Notes under the pieces: generated by a model
What the model was told of the DNA's origin: nothing
What the model saw: only the letters and a program-made list of their open reading frames with translations
The model's database searches: none
Source: Octopus sinensis
Taxonomy: Eukaryota
Length of the DNA stretch: 64,000 nt
Reading direction: 5' to 3'
Assembly: GCF_006345805.1 (NCBI RefSeq)
Contig: NC_043001.1
Coordinates: 46,438,001 to 46,502,000, forward strand
Translations under genes and position numbers: made by a program
Shown here: one piece after another, positions 1-11,975 of the stretch
How the letters are laid out: the number at the start of each line of letters is the position of its first letter
How positions within the stretch are numbered: the stretch's first letter is position 1

Positions 1-176
1 TTTTTTTTAAAATCGTAGACTCATCGTAGACGCGCGCTAATACCCAGAAGGGCTCGATATGAATCACGACTATAAGATACGCGCTTTTGGTTAAACTGCA
101 CCGCAAAATGTGGGAGTAGTTAGGAATCTAAATCGGTGGTACAGACACACACACAACTTTAGTTTTATATTAAAGA
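1..176 (-). mobile_element. Non-autonomous Helitron-like element, 5' terminus (cut by window start)
   Basis: Near-identical to 2740-2908 and to the reverse complement of 2031-2210; on the minus strand it begins TC after an A (A|TCTTTAATATAAAAC), like a Helitron 5' end. Confidence 0.55.
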
Positions 177-377
177 TATATATATTGTATTGTATATATG
201 TAATAATATAAATATTAGGGATAAATCCAAATTTACAGGGAAAAATCAGATTTAGGATTAATCGATTTTATAGTAAAATATTATAAAATATTATTCGAGA
301 CAAAACCACTATTTTGCAAAACAAACAAGGAAAGACTTAATCAATACATAAAATTTTAATAAATAGTCAAAAAACCG

Positions 378-420
378 CCACTACAATCGTTTCTTGTCTT
401 GATCGACAATCTTCAGGTGG
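378..420 (-). ncRNA. Minimal type I hammerhead ribozyme motif (intact core)
   Basis: Minus strand reads CCAC-CTGAAGA-TTGTC-GATCAA-GACAA-GAA-AC-GATT-GT-A-GTGG: 4-bp stem I, CUGANGA core, 5-bp stem II, GAAA, short helix III, GUA cleavage triplet. Confidence 0.75.
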
Positions 421-453
421 ACTTCAAATAATTTGACACTGAATTATTGAAGT

Positions 454-495
454 CCACCTGAAGATTGTCGATCAAGACAAGAACGATTGTAGTGG
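454..495 (+). ncRNA. Mirror hammerhead copy with one A missing (GAAC for GAAAC)
   Basis: Same sequence as 378-420 on the other strand except a 1-nt deletion in the GAAA core, either a real inactivating change or a consensus error. Confidence 0.55.
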
Positions 496-588
496 CGGTT
501 TTTGACTATTTATTAAATTTTATGTATTGATTAAGTCTTCCTTGTTTGTTTTGCAAAATAGTGTTTTTTGTCTCGAATAATATTTATG

Positions 589-655
<67 letters not shown>

Positions 656-659
<4 letters not shown>

Positions 660-1850
660 CTGAAGGTGACCCGCTCTACGCGCGGGTAAGAGTGTGGGTG
701 TTACTTTCTGTTGCTTCCTTTCAGCACGTAAAAAGCACCATCCGAACGTGGCCGATTGCAGCACCCGCCTTGACTTGCTTCTGTGCCGGTGGCACGTAAA
801 AAGCACCAACCGATCGTTGCCACTGCGAGCCCCCCTGGCACAGTGCCGGCGGCACGAAATATAGCACTCACTACACTCACAGAGTGGTTTCGTTAGGAAG
901 GTCATCCACCTGTAGAAACACTGCAGATCAAACTGGAGCCTGGTGCAGCCTCCTGGCTTCCGAGACCCCGGGTCACACTACCCAACCCGTGCTAGCACGG
1001 AAAACGGACGTTAAACGATGATGATGATGATGATTCTCCGTATTTGTTTCTCTCTCCTTTTTCACTCTCACTTTCCCACTCTCTTACTTTTCTTTTCTCT
1101 CGGACTCTCCCCCTCGCTTTCTCTTACTCTCTATCTTTATCTATCTCTCTCCCATTTATAAACAACAGAAGATCTTGAGTAAGTTGAGAATAAAATATTT
1201 AGAAGATCAATCAGAAATATGAGGCAGTGGCAATGGAAAGGTCTGCTTCAAGGCAGACAGCAAAACGCTAACATTTAAAGGGACAGACGAACTTGCGAGC
1301 TGAATAAAATAATAAAATATTGGAAACCAAAGTTTGAAGGGATAGAATCTGAGGATAGTAGGGTCACCATGGCTGGCATTTGTTAATGACGGACAGCAAC
1401 GTAGTGACAGTTTAACGTAAAATTTTGAACTTGATGTAAAAGAAAATTCGTAAACACCATGTTTTGAAGTGATTCTTTCTCACGACAGTAGACTCACCAT
1501 GGCAAGCATTCAAAACTTCTTTATCATGGACGGCCACACATTGACGATTAAAAGGCTGGCGCAAATTTTTTAGCTTGATGTAACAGAGAATTCCTAAACA
1601 CCCGCTCCTTGAAATTTTAATCCCCTTCCAGCCCCATTTAGACCCCTTTTCACATTTTGGTTAATATAACCCGATTTCATTCTGGTCTACTGGGGCCACA
1701 TTTTATAAGATGAGGAATTTTGTCCTAGAGGTGACGCCTTTCATTTGAGGAATAAAATAGTTGTCATGCAAACTTGTCAGCACCTTTAACATAGGTGTGC
1801 ATATTTTCAGCTGAATCGACCGACTACGTAATGCACACATTATATATATA
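656..1850 (-). mobile_element. Non-autonomous Helitron-like element with nested SINE
   Basis: Minus-strand 3' end: GC hairpin ACCCGC-loop-GCGGGT (669-687) 9 nt before CTAA|T at 656 (CTRR rule); diverged ~130 bp internal tandem repeat at ~1360-1610; 5' boundary lost in (TA)/(TG) repeats. Confidence 0.45.
722..1033 (+). mobile_element. SINE 3' portion with RTE-type tail
   Basis: Internal repeat GCACGTAAAAAGCACC x2, GTTAGGAAGGTCATCCACCTGTAGAAAC core, ends GGAAAACGGACGTTAAAC(GAT)n. Confidence 0.6.
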
Positions 1851-1854
1851 TGTG

Positions 1855-1893
<39 letters not shown>

Positions 1894-2030
1894 ACGCATT
1901 ATATATACAAATGTATACAAATGAGATATATATCTGTATAAATTAATTAGAGATAAAACACTAATAGGCAAATCAAACATTGAAAAACCAAAAACAAAAA
2001 CATAAAAAAAGAAATATAACATAGAATATA

Positions 2031-2908
2031 TCTATATATATATAACTGTAGTTGTGTGAGTGTCTGTCCCCTTCGATTTAGATTCCTAACTACTCCCACA
2101 TTTTGCGGTGCAGTTTAACCAAATTCGGGGTATCTTATAGTCGTGATTCATATCGAGCCCGTCTGGGTATTACGCGCGTCTACGATGAGTCTACGATTTT
2201 AAAAAATAATTTAACATCAATTTTTATTCCATTTTAATGCATATTTTTCGCGTGTCGATGGCGGCGGAGTTGGCGTCCACGCTCACGCCTGTATCTGTGT
2301 TGCTTCTCCCCCTTCTTCCCTCCCTCGTGAAGCTGTGGGGAAGGGAGTGTAAGGAAATCAACGTCGTAATGCGTTGTGAAGGAGACCAGCGTTCTTTTAG
2401 AACAAGGACTTGGCTTGAAATCGCCAAAACAGAAATCGCTAAAAAAGCTGAAACAGATCCACAAAAACGGCAAAAACCGCCACACAGGGCAGGCAAAAAA
2501 TGCATTAAAAATGGAATAAAAAATGATAGTAATTTTTTTTTTAAATCGTTGACTCATCGTAGACATTTTTAGAGAGTTACTTCCCTTTTATAATAGCGAA
2601 AAATGCATTAAAATGGAATAAAAAAATGATGGTATTTTTTTTTTTATCGTTGACTCATCGTAGACATTTTTAGAGAGTTACTTCCCTTATATAATAGCGA
2701 AAATGCATTAAAATGGAATAAAAAATGATGGTAAATTTTTTTTTTAATCGTAGACTCATCGTAGACGCGCGCTAATACCCAGAAGGGCTCGATATGAATC
2801 ACGACTATAAGATACCCAGTTTTGGTTACACTGCACCGCAAAATGTGGGAGTAGTTAGGAATCTAAATCGTATGAGACAGACACACAACCTTACTTTTAT
2901 ATATAAGA
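2031..2908. mobile_element. Fold-back element made of two inverted Helitron-like 5' ends
   Basis: ~215 bp inverted arms (2031-2247 and ~2697-2908), each starting A|TC outward; two extra ~100 bp tandem copies of the inner arm segment at ~2497-2697. Confidence 0.7.
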
Positions 2909-2971
2909 TATATTTATATCGGCATATCTGTACATATAATATATATATATACACATACATACATACATATC

Positions 2972-3022
<51 letters not shown>

Positions 3023-3620
3023 TATATATATTATATAATACATAAAACATATACCATATATATTTATATATAATAGATATATACATATATATACGTTTGT
3101 GTGTATGCATCTGTCTGTACATATATTAACATGTATACACACACAGACACACACACACACACACACGAACGCACGCACACACATATACACACATACACAC
3201 ATACATGCACACACACACACACACGTATATGTATCATCATTTGAATAGAGACACGCACTCAATCACAGAGAACCGCTTAGTATGATCAAAAGTAATTTTA
3301 TAAACCGGCGATTGTGTTCAAAATTAGTGGTTCCCGAACTATTGGTTAAGATGTTTTGCAAACAACTTGCACGTGCAATTGTTACCAGTCGAGAGCTCCG
3401 CATACCGGAAGCCAGCAAGTGTATGGGGTCATCAGGACAGAATGAGCGCCGTTTCAGGACCTGCATCTCGACGGCATTATTGCGCACCGGCCCCCTCACT
3501 GATATGAAACCCCGCTTGCTAGATCAAGTATTGGCTTGAAATTGCCACAACGCCAGCAATTTCGGAATGGGGGATAAAGTGGATTACGTATATATATATG
3601 TATGCGCGGACACACACGCG

Positions 3621-3652
<32 letters not shown>

Positions 3653-3879
3653 TTACATATGTACAGATTAAAAGAGCAATGTTTGTTTTAATATAATATG
3701 AGATTATCGGAACACTCAACTTTTCGAAGAGCACCATGACTATTAAATCTTATAAGTGTATAGTTACTAATGATTTTAAATGTTTGGCTTACTAGCCGAT
3801 ACATACATACATACATACATTAAAACATACATGCATACATGCACACACATACACATACATGTGTGTGTGTGTGTATATC

Positions 3880-4110
3880 TTTCTTTCTTTTTCTTTTTCT
3901 TTTTCCTTGTTTCAGTCATTTGACTGCGGCCATGCTAGGGCACCGCCTTTAATCGAGCAACTCGACCCCGGGACTTATTCTTTTGGTAAGCCCAGTACTC
4001 ATTCTATCGGTTTCTTTTGCCGAACCGCTAAGTAACGGGGGACATAAACACACCAGCATCGGTTGTCAAACAATGCTAGAGGGACAAACACAGACACACA
4101 AACATACACG

Positions 4111-4158
<48 letters not shown>

Positions 4159-4320
4159 TACGACTGGCTTCTTTCAGTTACCATCTACCAAAATCCACTC
4201 ACAGGCTTTGGTCGGCCCGAGGCTATAGTAGAGACCTTTGCCCAGGTGCCACGCAGTGGACTGAACCCGAACCATGTGGTTGGTAAGCAAGCTACTTACC
4301 ACACAGCCACTCCTGCGCCT
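3880..4320 (-). mobile_element. tRNA-derived SINE, family B, full length
   Basis: Minus strand starts AGGCGCAGGAGTGGCTGTGTGG, has a GGTTCAGTCC B-box-like motif, a central (TA/TG) microsatellite, and ends CAAATGACTGAAACAAG plus purine tail; matches 7775-8204, 30580-31004, 57790-58182. Confidence 0.85.
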
Positions 4321-4414
4321 ATATATATATTTAAAAAAATTTTTTTTTATTTTATCTAGTTTCAGCTCACGAGCTGTGGCCATGCTGGATATGTATTATT
4401 TTATTCTCATATAT

Positions 4415-4630
4415 GTTTCAGTCATTTGACTGCAGCCATGCTGGAGCACCACCTTTAGTCGAACAAATCGTCCCCCATCACTTATTATTTGTAAGCCTAG
4501 TACCTGTTCTATCGGTTTCTTTTGACCAACCGCGAGTTTACGGGGACGTATACACACCAGCATTGGTTGTCAAGCGATGGTGGGGGACAAATACAGACAC
4601 ACAAGCACACACACGCACGCACGCACACAC
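4415..4630 (-). mobile_element. SINE family B, 3' half
   Basis: Aligns with the 3' part of 3880-4320, then runs into (GATA)n. Confidence 0.75.
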
Positions 4631-4634
4631 ACAC

Positions 4635-4915
<281 letters not shown>

Positions 4916-5386
4916 ATATAAAGAATTATATATATATATATACATACACACACACATATAAAGAATTATATATATATACATACACACACACATATAAAGA
5001 ATTATATATAGATATATATATACACACATATAAAGAATTATATATATATTTATATATATATATATATATTTCGTATAGGCATAGCGATGCTAATAACTTG
5101 ATGTTAGAACTCCATATATATCGGAAAGAGTTAATGATACATGTAATTACTAAGTATTCCGGATGTTGTGACTGACACTTTTAAGTACAGAACAGTATAA
5201 TAACAAGCATTCAGTTTATCTACATAAATTGACTTAATCATTCGTTCTTCCACGATCAATAAAATGAAATTATTAATCAAGTCCTGTGATTGATTTTATT
5301 CGAACGTTCGCTCTTTAGACTATTGTGGCTATACTTCTTGGTTAGAAATCAATACATGATATATATATATATATATATATAATATA

Positions 5387-5420
<34 letters not shown>

Positions 5421-6059
5421 GTATATGTATGTATATGTATATATCATATATATACATATATATAAAATGTAACAATATAATATATATATGTAATTATGTA
5501 TATTATACATACATATAACATATATATATATATATATATGTATTTGTATATGCATAAATATCTATTATATATATAAAACATAATTTATATACATATGATA
5601 TATAACGTAATATAAACACATATATATTATATATATACATACATACATATATACATACACACACACATATATATATACAAATATTAAAATATATATACAT
5701 ATATTATATGTATATATATATAAATATTATATTATATTATATATATATACATATATCTATACACATATCAACCAATCAATAACGACTATTGAGGTAAAAA
5801 AACATTCCGTGCCGTATGAATATGTCCCTCGTTTAAGAAGCAGATTGAAGAAAAAAAGATACCCTTCTCCCCACCCCTAACCCTAAAACAGATTGAAATG
5901 CAATAGATCGATACAGGGTCATAATTATGGGTGACAATTTCATATGACATCGCCAGTAAAAACTGCCGTTCGAACCGAAAAGATCCCTCTACTGTTATAT
6001 ATTATACACATATAACGCTATTTCAAAATTATTGTATTATTGTAATATTCAATACCATT

Positions 6060-6235
6060 AAAATAAGTAGCATCTTCTAAGGCGCAATTCCCCCACACCT
6101 TAAAAACCAGTCAGAAAAATAACTTCCATCTTATGAGCACAAAGCTCATTGTATCAGTTTCTAGAAAAAAGTGCTGAAATTAAAGTGCATCTTATAATTA
6201 AACTGCGCCTTATAAACCGTCAAAAATGTTGTATA
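6060..6235. mobile_element. Possible pogo/Tigger-type MITE remnant
   Basis: TAAGGCGCA, GTGCATCTTATA and TGCGCCTTATA motifs recall pogo-derived MITE subterminal repeats; no clear TIR pair. Confidence 0.3.
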
Positions 6236-6240
6236 CATAT

Positions 6241-7070
6241 ACAGGCTTGGCTGTGTTGTAAGGAGCTTGCTTTCCTACCACATAGTTCCGGGTTCAGTCC
6301 CACTGCGTGACACAGTAGGCAAGTGTTTTCTTATTATAGCCTCGGACCGACCAAAGCCTTCTGAGTGGATTTGGCCTGAGGTGAGTCATTCTCTTTTAGT
6401 GCTTTATTACTTAACACACTCACCGGTTCGATTTCCACTCATTTACTTATTTACTTTTTAGAAAAATTTGGTTGCGTCCCGCAACCTTTTCAATAGTCGT
6501 TGACGCTATCCGTTATCAGAACTGCGTTCTTTTTGTTTACTTGTTTGTGCGCATGTGTGTGCCTCAGTGTGCATGTGTATACACATATATAAGTAAGTAC
6601 GTATGTATGTATGTATGTATGTATGTATGTATGTATGTATGTATGTACATACTTACATATGTGTATACACATGCGCACTGACGCAAACATATGAGCACAA
6701 CCAACCAACCAAACAAAAAGAACGCAACTCTGATAACGGACAAAATCAACGATTATTGAAGAAGTTGCTAAGATGCAACCCAAATTTTCGAAAAAGTAAA
6801 TAAGTAAATTAGTGGAAATCGAACCGGTGAGTGTGTTAAGTAATAAAGCACTAAAAGAGAATGGCTCTCCCCAGATACAATAAAATATGCTTCAACACAC
6901 GAATTCAACTAGCAGATCGGCAAAAGAGACCGATAGAATGAGTGCTTACAATGAATAAGTCCTGGGGTCGATTTCTTCGACTAAAAACCCTTAAAGGCGG
7001 TACTCCAACATGGCCGCAGTCAAATGACTGAAACAAGCCCAAGAATAAAAAAATAAAGAATAAAAGAATA
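6241..7070 (+). mobile_element. SINE family B interrupted by a fold-back element
   Basis: 5' part 6241-6375 and 3' part ~6918-7070 match family B; the middle is replaced by 6376-6874. Confidence 0.75.
6376..6874. mobile_element. Fold-back MITE-like element with (TATG)n core
   Basis: ~220 bp imperfect inverted arms (CTGAGGTGAGTCATTCTCTTTTAGTGC... / ...GCACTAAAAGAGAATGGCTCTCCCCAG) around a TATG microsatellite. Confidence 0.75.
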
Positions 7071-7488
7071 TCAGCCGAAATTGCTAGGATGATCTGGTTC
7101 TTGACTGAGGATAGAAGGCTTCGAATGACCCGTCCTTGTTTGTTTTCTTTTGTATCGTCTATCTGGATGTTTTGTTGTCCCTTTTTGTATCACCTAGTTG
7201 TCCGGATGTTTTGAGGTTCTTGTCCCATTTTGTATTATATCGACCCCAGTGCGTAACTGGTACTTATTTTATCGACCTCGAAAGGATGAACGGCAAAGTC
7301 GACCTCGGCGGAATTTGAACTCAGAACGTAACGGCAGACGAAATTGACTTAGTCTCCCCCCTTATACCAAAATTTGAAACCATTATTTAGAGACTGGAAC
7401 ACGTACAAACTGAGCCGTGGAGTCGATTTAATCGACGAGTCCCTCTCATAAAATTTCAGTTCTCGTGCCTATAGTAGAAAGGATTATT

Positions 7489-7701
7489 CTTCTCTGCTCT
7501 AGACACAAAGCCTGAAATTTTGGGGGATGGGACCAGTCGATTAGATCGACCCTAGTTCGCAACTGGTACTTAATTTGTCGGTGCCCGAAAGGATAAAAGG
7601 CAAAGTCGGCCTCGGCGGAATTTGAACTCAGAACGTAAAGACAGACGAAATACTGCTAAGCATTTCGCCCGGCGTGCTAACGTTTCTGCTAGCTCACCGC
7701 C
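7489..7701 (-). mobile_element. tRNA-derived SINE, family A, full length with TSD
   Basis: Head GGCGGTGAGCTAGCAGAAACGTTAG, B-box GAGTTCAAATTCC; TSD GTAGAAAGG(G)ATTATT at 7474-7488 and 7704-7719, which is itself the tail of an older plus-strand copy; another fragment at 7240-7345. Confidence 0.85.
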
Positions 7702-7774
7702 ATGTAGAAAGGGATTATTATTTATAGACTGGATATTTCTCTGTTGGAAAATATCAACGATTAAAGTGAAAGTA

Positions 7775-8204
7775 CTCTCTTTACTCTTTTACTCTTTTAC
7801 TCTTTTACTTGTTTCAGTCATTTGACTGCGGCCATGCTGGGTACCGCCTTTAATCGAGCAACTCGACCCCGGGACTTATTCTTTTGTAAGCCCAGTACTT
7901 ATTCTATCGGTCTCTTTTGCCGAACCGCTAAGTGACAGGGACATAAACACACCAGCATCGGTTGTCAAGCAATGCTAGGGGGACAAACACAGACACACAA
8001 ACATATACACACACACTTATATATATATATATACATATATACGACAGGCTTCTTTCAGTTTCCGCCTACCAAATCCACTCACAAGGCTTTGGTCGGCCCG
8101 AGGCTATAGTAGAAAACACTTGCCCAAGGTGCCACGCAGTGGGACTGAACCCAGAACCATGTGGTTGGTAAACAAGCTACTTACCACACAGCCACTCCTG
8201 CGCC
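7775..8204 (-). mobile_element. SINE family B, full length
   Basis: Same organisation as 3880-4320; (GAGTAAAA)n tail on the minus strand. Confidence 0.85.
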
Positions 8205-8541
8205 CATAGTAACATTTTCTAAAATCTTTTTCTCATTTTCCCCATTCTTCGTAAAACTCATTTCAGCAGAGAAACAGACGTTGTAGAGTTCTTTTTAAAG
8301 TGGGCTCTAATTTCAGAGCATTCTCATAAATTCTAAAGTAGAGGTAGGGGTTTAATCAACTTCAGCATATGATTTGTACTCATTTTATCCCCTCCACACA
8401 CACACACATACATGCACACACACAGACAAACATGAAGGGAAAAGTTGACTCAGGTAACATCTGAACTCAGAACATAACTGGATCTGTAACCAAATACCAA
8501 CAAAGCATTTCAATTTGTAATACTTACGTTTCGGTCTCTGG

Positions 8542-8895
8542 CAGGGGTTTTCAAACATTATTTTTTATCTATAGACCCCTTTGATTACTAATTTTATTCT
8601 GGTGACCTCCATAGCCATTCTATGTTTAAAAACTAGTTTTAGAGAAACTATCTTATAAAAAAAATCTTATTATGTTTTTCACACATTAACTTGTGTAGGT
8701 TGAACTATGTAAAATGTTAGAGAAAGAAACCTAGCTGTTTTTTGCTTTACATACCAACACACATCTGAAGCAACATTTTTTTAGGGGATCTCAAAATACT
8801 ATTGTGGATCCCCAATTTACTATTTTGTGGTGTGGACTCCAAAAATCCATATATGGACCCTTAGGTGTCATTTGGACCCCAGTTGAGAATCCTTG
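8542..8895. mobile_element. hAT-type MITE
   Basis: Imperfect TIRs CAGGGGTTTTCAAAC / GTTGAGAATCCTTG; a related inverted fragment at ~27945-28092; TSD not preserved. Confidence 0.6.
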
Positions 8896-9677
8896 ACTTG
8901 AAGGATTTAAAATTGTATGCTTGTGGAATGGAGGTCAAAATGCTTTCTGATAATTTACATGAGTCACTTCACACTCTGAGTTCAAGTCTCGCGAAAGTAC
9001 ATTTTTTCAACTATCTAGACTTGATTAATCAAGTACCTGTTATTCATTGGAGATCAGTGTAATCGGTTATACTCTCTCTCTCATAGTTTATAGCCTTGTA
9101 CCTAGTTTGGAAACCATATTGAGTAATTCCATCGAACAGCGATTAAACTATCACATACATACATATTCACCTCTATCACTCTTTCCATATATACTAATAC
9201 ATTCTTCCCTTCCTCTTTTCTCACATACATCAATATATTTCTTTGTTCTTCTTTGTATGTCTCTATCTCTTTGTTTCTTTTCCTTTGTCTCATTCTCTTT
9301 GTTTATTAGTCTGCCTTCTGTCTGTCTGTCTGACTATCTGTTATTGCTGTCTGACATATTTAAATATAATGAGATGAAAATCTCCGATAAATTGGGACTG
9401 TCTTAGGAATTGGAGACAGAACTATTTCTAGGAGTGTTTACAATGGTAAACATAACAACAATGGAAGAGGTAATAAAAAAAAGGAAGGAAAGAACATTAT
9501 ATATATATATATATAATATCTATATATCTATATATTAATATAGTATATATATATATATATATATATATACCAATATGTGGGTGCATAGTATGTATGTATG
9601 TATGTATGTATGTAGGTTATGTATGTAATGATGTATGTGTAATTATGTATGTATGTATGTATATGTATGTGTGTATG

Positions 9678-9723
<46 letters not shown>

Positions 9724-10080
9724 ATATATTATATATATTATATATATACCGACTCCAGGCCACCTCACGTTAGGGAAATTAATTTCTGATAACCTTGCTG
9801 TGTGCTGCGGAATTCCGTAACATGAAATTAATTTCCCCATTGATCTTAATGTTGAACAGTGAGATTCGTTCCGACCGACTTTTGACGAAAATGACAATTT
9901 CACAATTTATAAACATACACCTTATAATATGTAGACAAAAGCATTTGTTAAAGAATAATTAAGAATCATAATACTGTAATAGGATACGTTCTTACCCCAA
10001 AAGATACTGACTACTAAATGAGGGGTAGTGGTGGTGGAATGAAAGCCAGTGGGGGGAGATGAGGGGCACTATCCTCTATC

Positions 10081-11702
10081 TTATAGTTTATCATTATGTA
10101 CATCTGCCTGAAGGTTGAAGAACTTATCCAAAATTGTTTGTCTATGGTGCATTATCTCTTTGTACAGCTCGGTGTAATAACTGATCTCATTGTAAATTCC
10201 TCTTGTAATTTTTATGTTACGTTCACGACTAGTGTCGTTATCAGCAAAAATTTGCAGACTTTCCTCTGTAGTTGCCAATCCTTTAGAAGTATTCTTTGCA
10301 GTCGATTTAAGTGGAGTTAATGGAATTTCCGTATTTTCATCTGTGTTCTCAGCACTTGTTTTAACAGAATCAATCTTTGTCAGATAAACTTTCTTTGTGG
10401 GACATTAGCAACTCAACTACATAATTTTCTTTGAGTTTTTCAAACCCTATTTATTTGCAGATGTCACAATATCTTTTTGTGGAAAACTTGTAAAGTCATA
10501 GATACAGATTGAACATATATTTTCCCCCAAACCATTCAAAATTTGAGGTTTCACGTGATCTCATGACTCAGCCGTGTTATTCACAGCATCCATTATGCTG
10601 GACTTTTTCCAGAAGTCTCTAACTATTGGTTTAAGCACCCTATCAATTGTTTCGTAAATTCATTGAAAGTTCTCAGAAAATATGCACTGAAGTTAGCTGT
10701 CAGACTTGAACAAATAAGTTTTATTCATTGGGATGTATCGTACTCTCGCATTAGCAGAAAACTTATTTAAGCTCACTGAACGGCTTGGTACATTTTCTGA
10801 AAGGAGCAATGCTTTTTTAGAAATATGTCTAGCACTGTACCTTTCTACAATAGGACAAAAAGATGTTTGAATATTACTCTATGGCTCTTAGTTATCCATA
10901 CCTTCTTACTTGAAAGCCAAATCAAAAGTATATTAAATTTTGCGTAACTCTTGAAAGCCCCTAGATTTTTAAGGAGCCTCAATTTCATGTCCCTGCATTA
11001 TTTTTTTGCACAAGAAGCGTCAAACGACTTTTGGACGTAAAGTTTCGATGAGTTGATTTTTCTTCTCGAGAAATAAAATTTCTAGCACGTATGCGCTTTC
11101 AGAAAATTGCAGTCTCATCAGGGCTGTATATTTGCTATGTTGTGTAAGTAACCCTCTTTAGAAATCGTTTTCTTCGGCTGACCAAGATAAATAATAGCAG
11201 CCTCTGTATCATCACTGACAGCTTCAAGAGTCATTATTATATTCTGTAAATTCAAGACTTCTTAAACTTTTAGAAACCAGCCTTAACCAGTTAGAAAAGG
11301 TTTTATTTTTTCACCTTCTTTTTTGTGTAAATTGTCAACCAAACGTTTGGCTTTTATTTTTAATCACCATTGTAATTATCGTCACATTACGTCGAATCTA
11401 ATCCTCTGTTCATACACTCAACAGCCGTTCTATTTTAAGCATCACATTCGACCTCTCAGAAAATAAGGCCCAAGCTGTTAACGAAGTAACTTCTTGAGCA
11501 CTTGACTTAAGTTTCTCTCTGTTGTCATGTATTATTCCTGCTGTAGATATTGCAAGCTTTAATGGTTTGGCATTCTGGCCGATTTCTTTCTTTTGCAACA
11601 AGCTTTTCTAAAGCATCAAGTTAAGTTCCCTGTGTAATCCGTTTACAGTTCCTTTTCGACTACTACCTTCAATTCCACTTGATGGCTTCTTTCCAGATAT
11701 CT
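10081..11702 (-). pseudogene. pogo/Tigger-like transposase remnant
   Basis: Interrupted minus-strand translation: N-terminal STAGIIHDNREKLK...MLKIERLLSV (psq/CENP-B HTH-like), KKVWIT and LLLSENVP (DDE_1-like motifs), C-terminal YTELYKEIMHHRQTILDKFF typical of Tigger; many stops and frameshifts. Confidence 0.7.
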
Positions 11703-11744
11703 TAAATTGCAAGTAAATCCAACAACTATCCACAACAAAAATGT

Positions 11745-11975
11745 GATCACGTCACATGATCATATATCACGTGAGCGACCAGACTATAGATGCTGTTACA
11801 TAATGCTGGTTACAATGCGCTTTGCATAGTTTTAGCCTTTGAATGACGCCACCCCGCTGGTTGAACGAGCAGGCCAGCATTCCTCTTTCACCGAAAGGGA
11901 GACTGGAGCAACGTGAAATGAAGTGTTTTGCTTAAGAACACAATGAGCCACCCAGTCTGGGAATCGAACCCATGA
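11745..11975 (-). mobile_element. tRNA-derived SINE, family C
   Basis: GGGTTCGATTCCC B-box, TGTGTTCTTAAGCAAAACACTTCATTTCAC body shared with 40783-41010; 3' end shared with 63268-63325. Confidence 0.65.

Larger units (their letters stand above)
286..585. mobile_element. Palindromic Penelope-like terminal repeat pair (~145 bp arms, ~8 nt loop)
   Basis: 286-433 is the near-perfect reverse complement of 442-585; each arm carries a hammerhead motif; next to (TA)n. The PLE assignment is inferred from the hammerhead type. Confidence 0.65.

Noticed and set aside
3263-3539. ORFs of 78-85 aa and a GAAAC...CTGATGA arrangement on the minus strand (type II hammerhead order)
   Set aside because: No recognisable protein motif; stems I, II and III do not pair.
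7095-7125. CTGAGGA...CGAAT hammerhead-like string in a small repeat
   Set aside because: GAAA core absent, stem II weak, no stem I.
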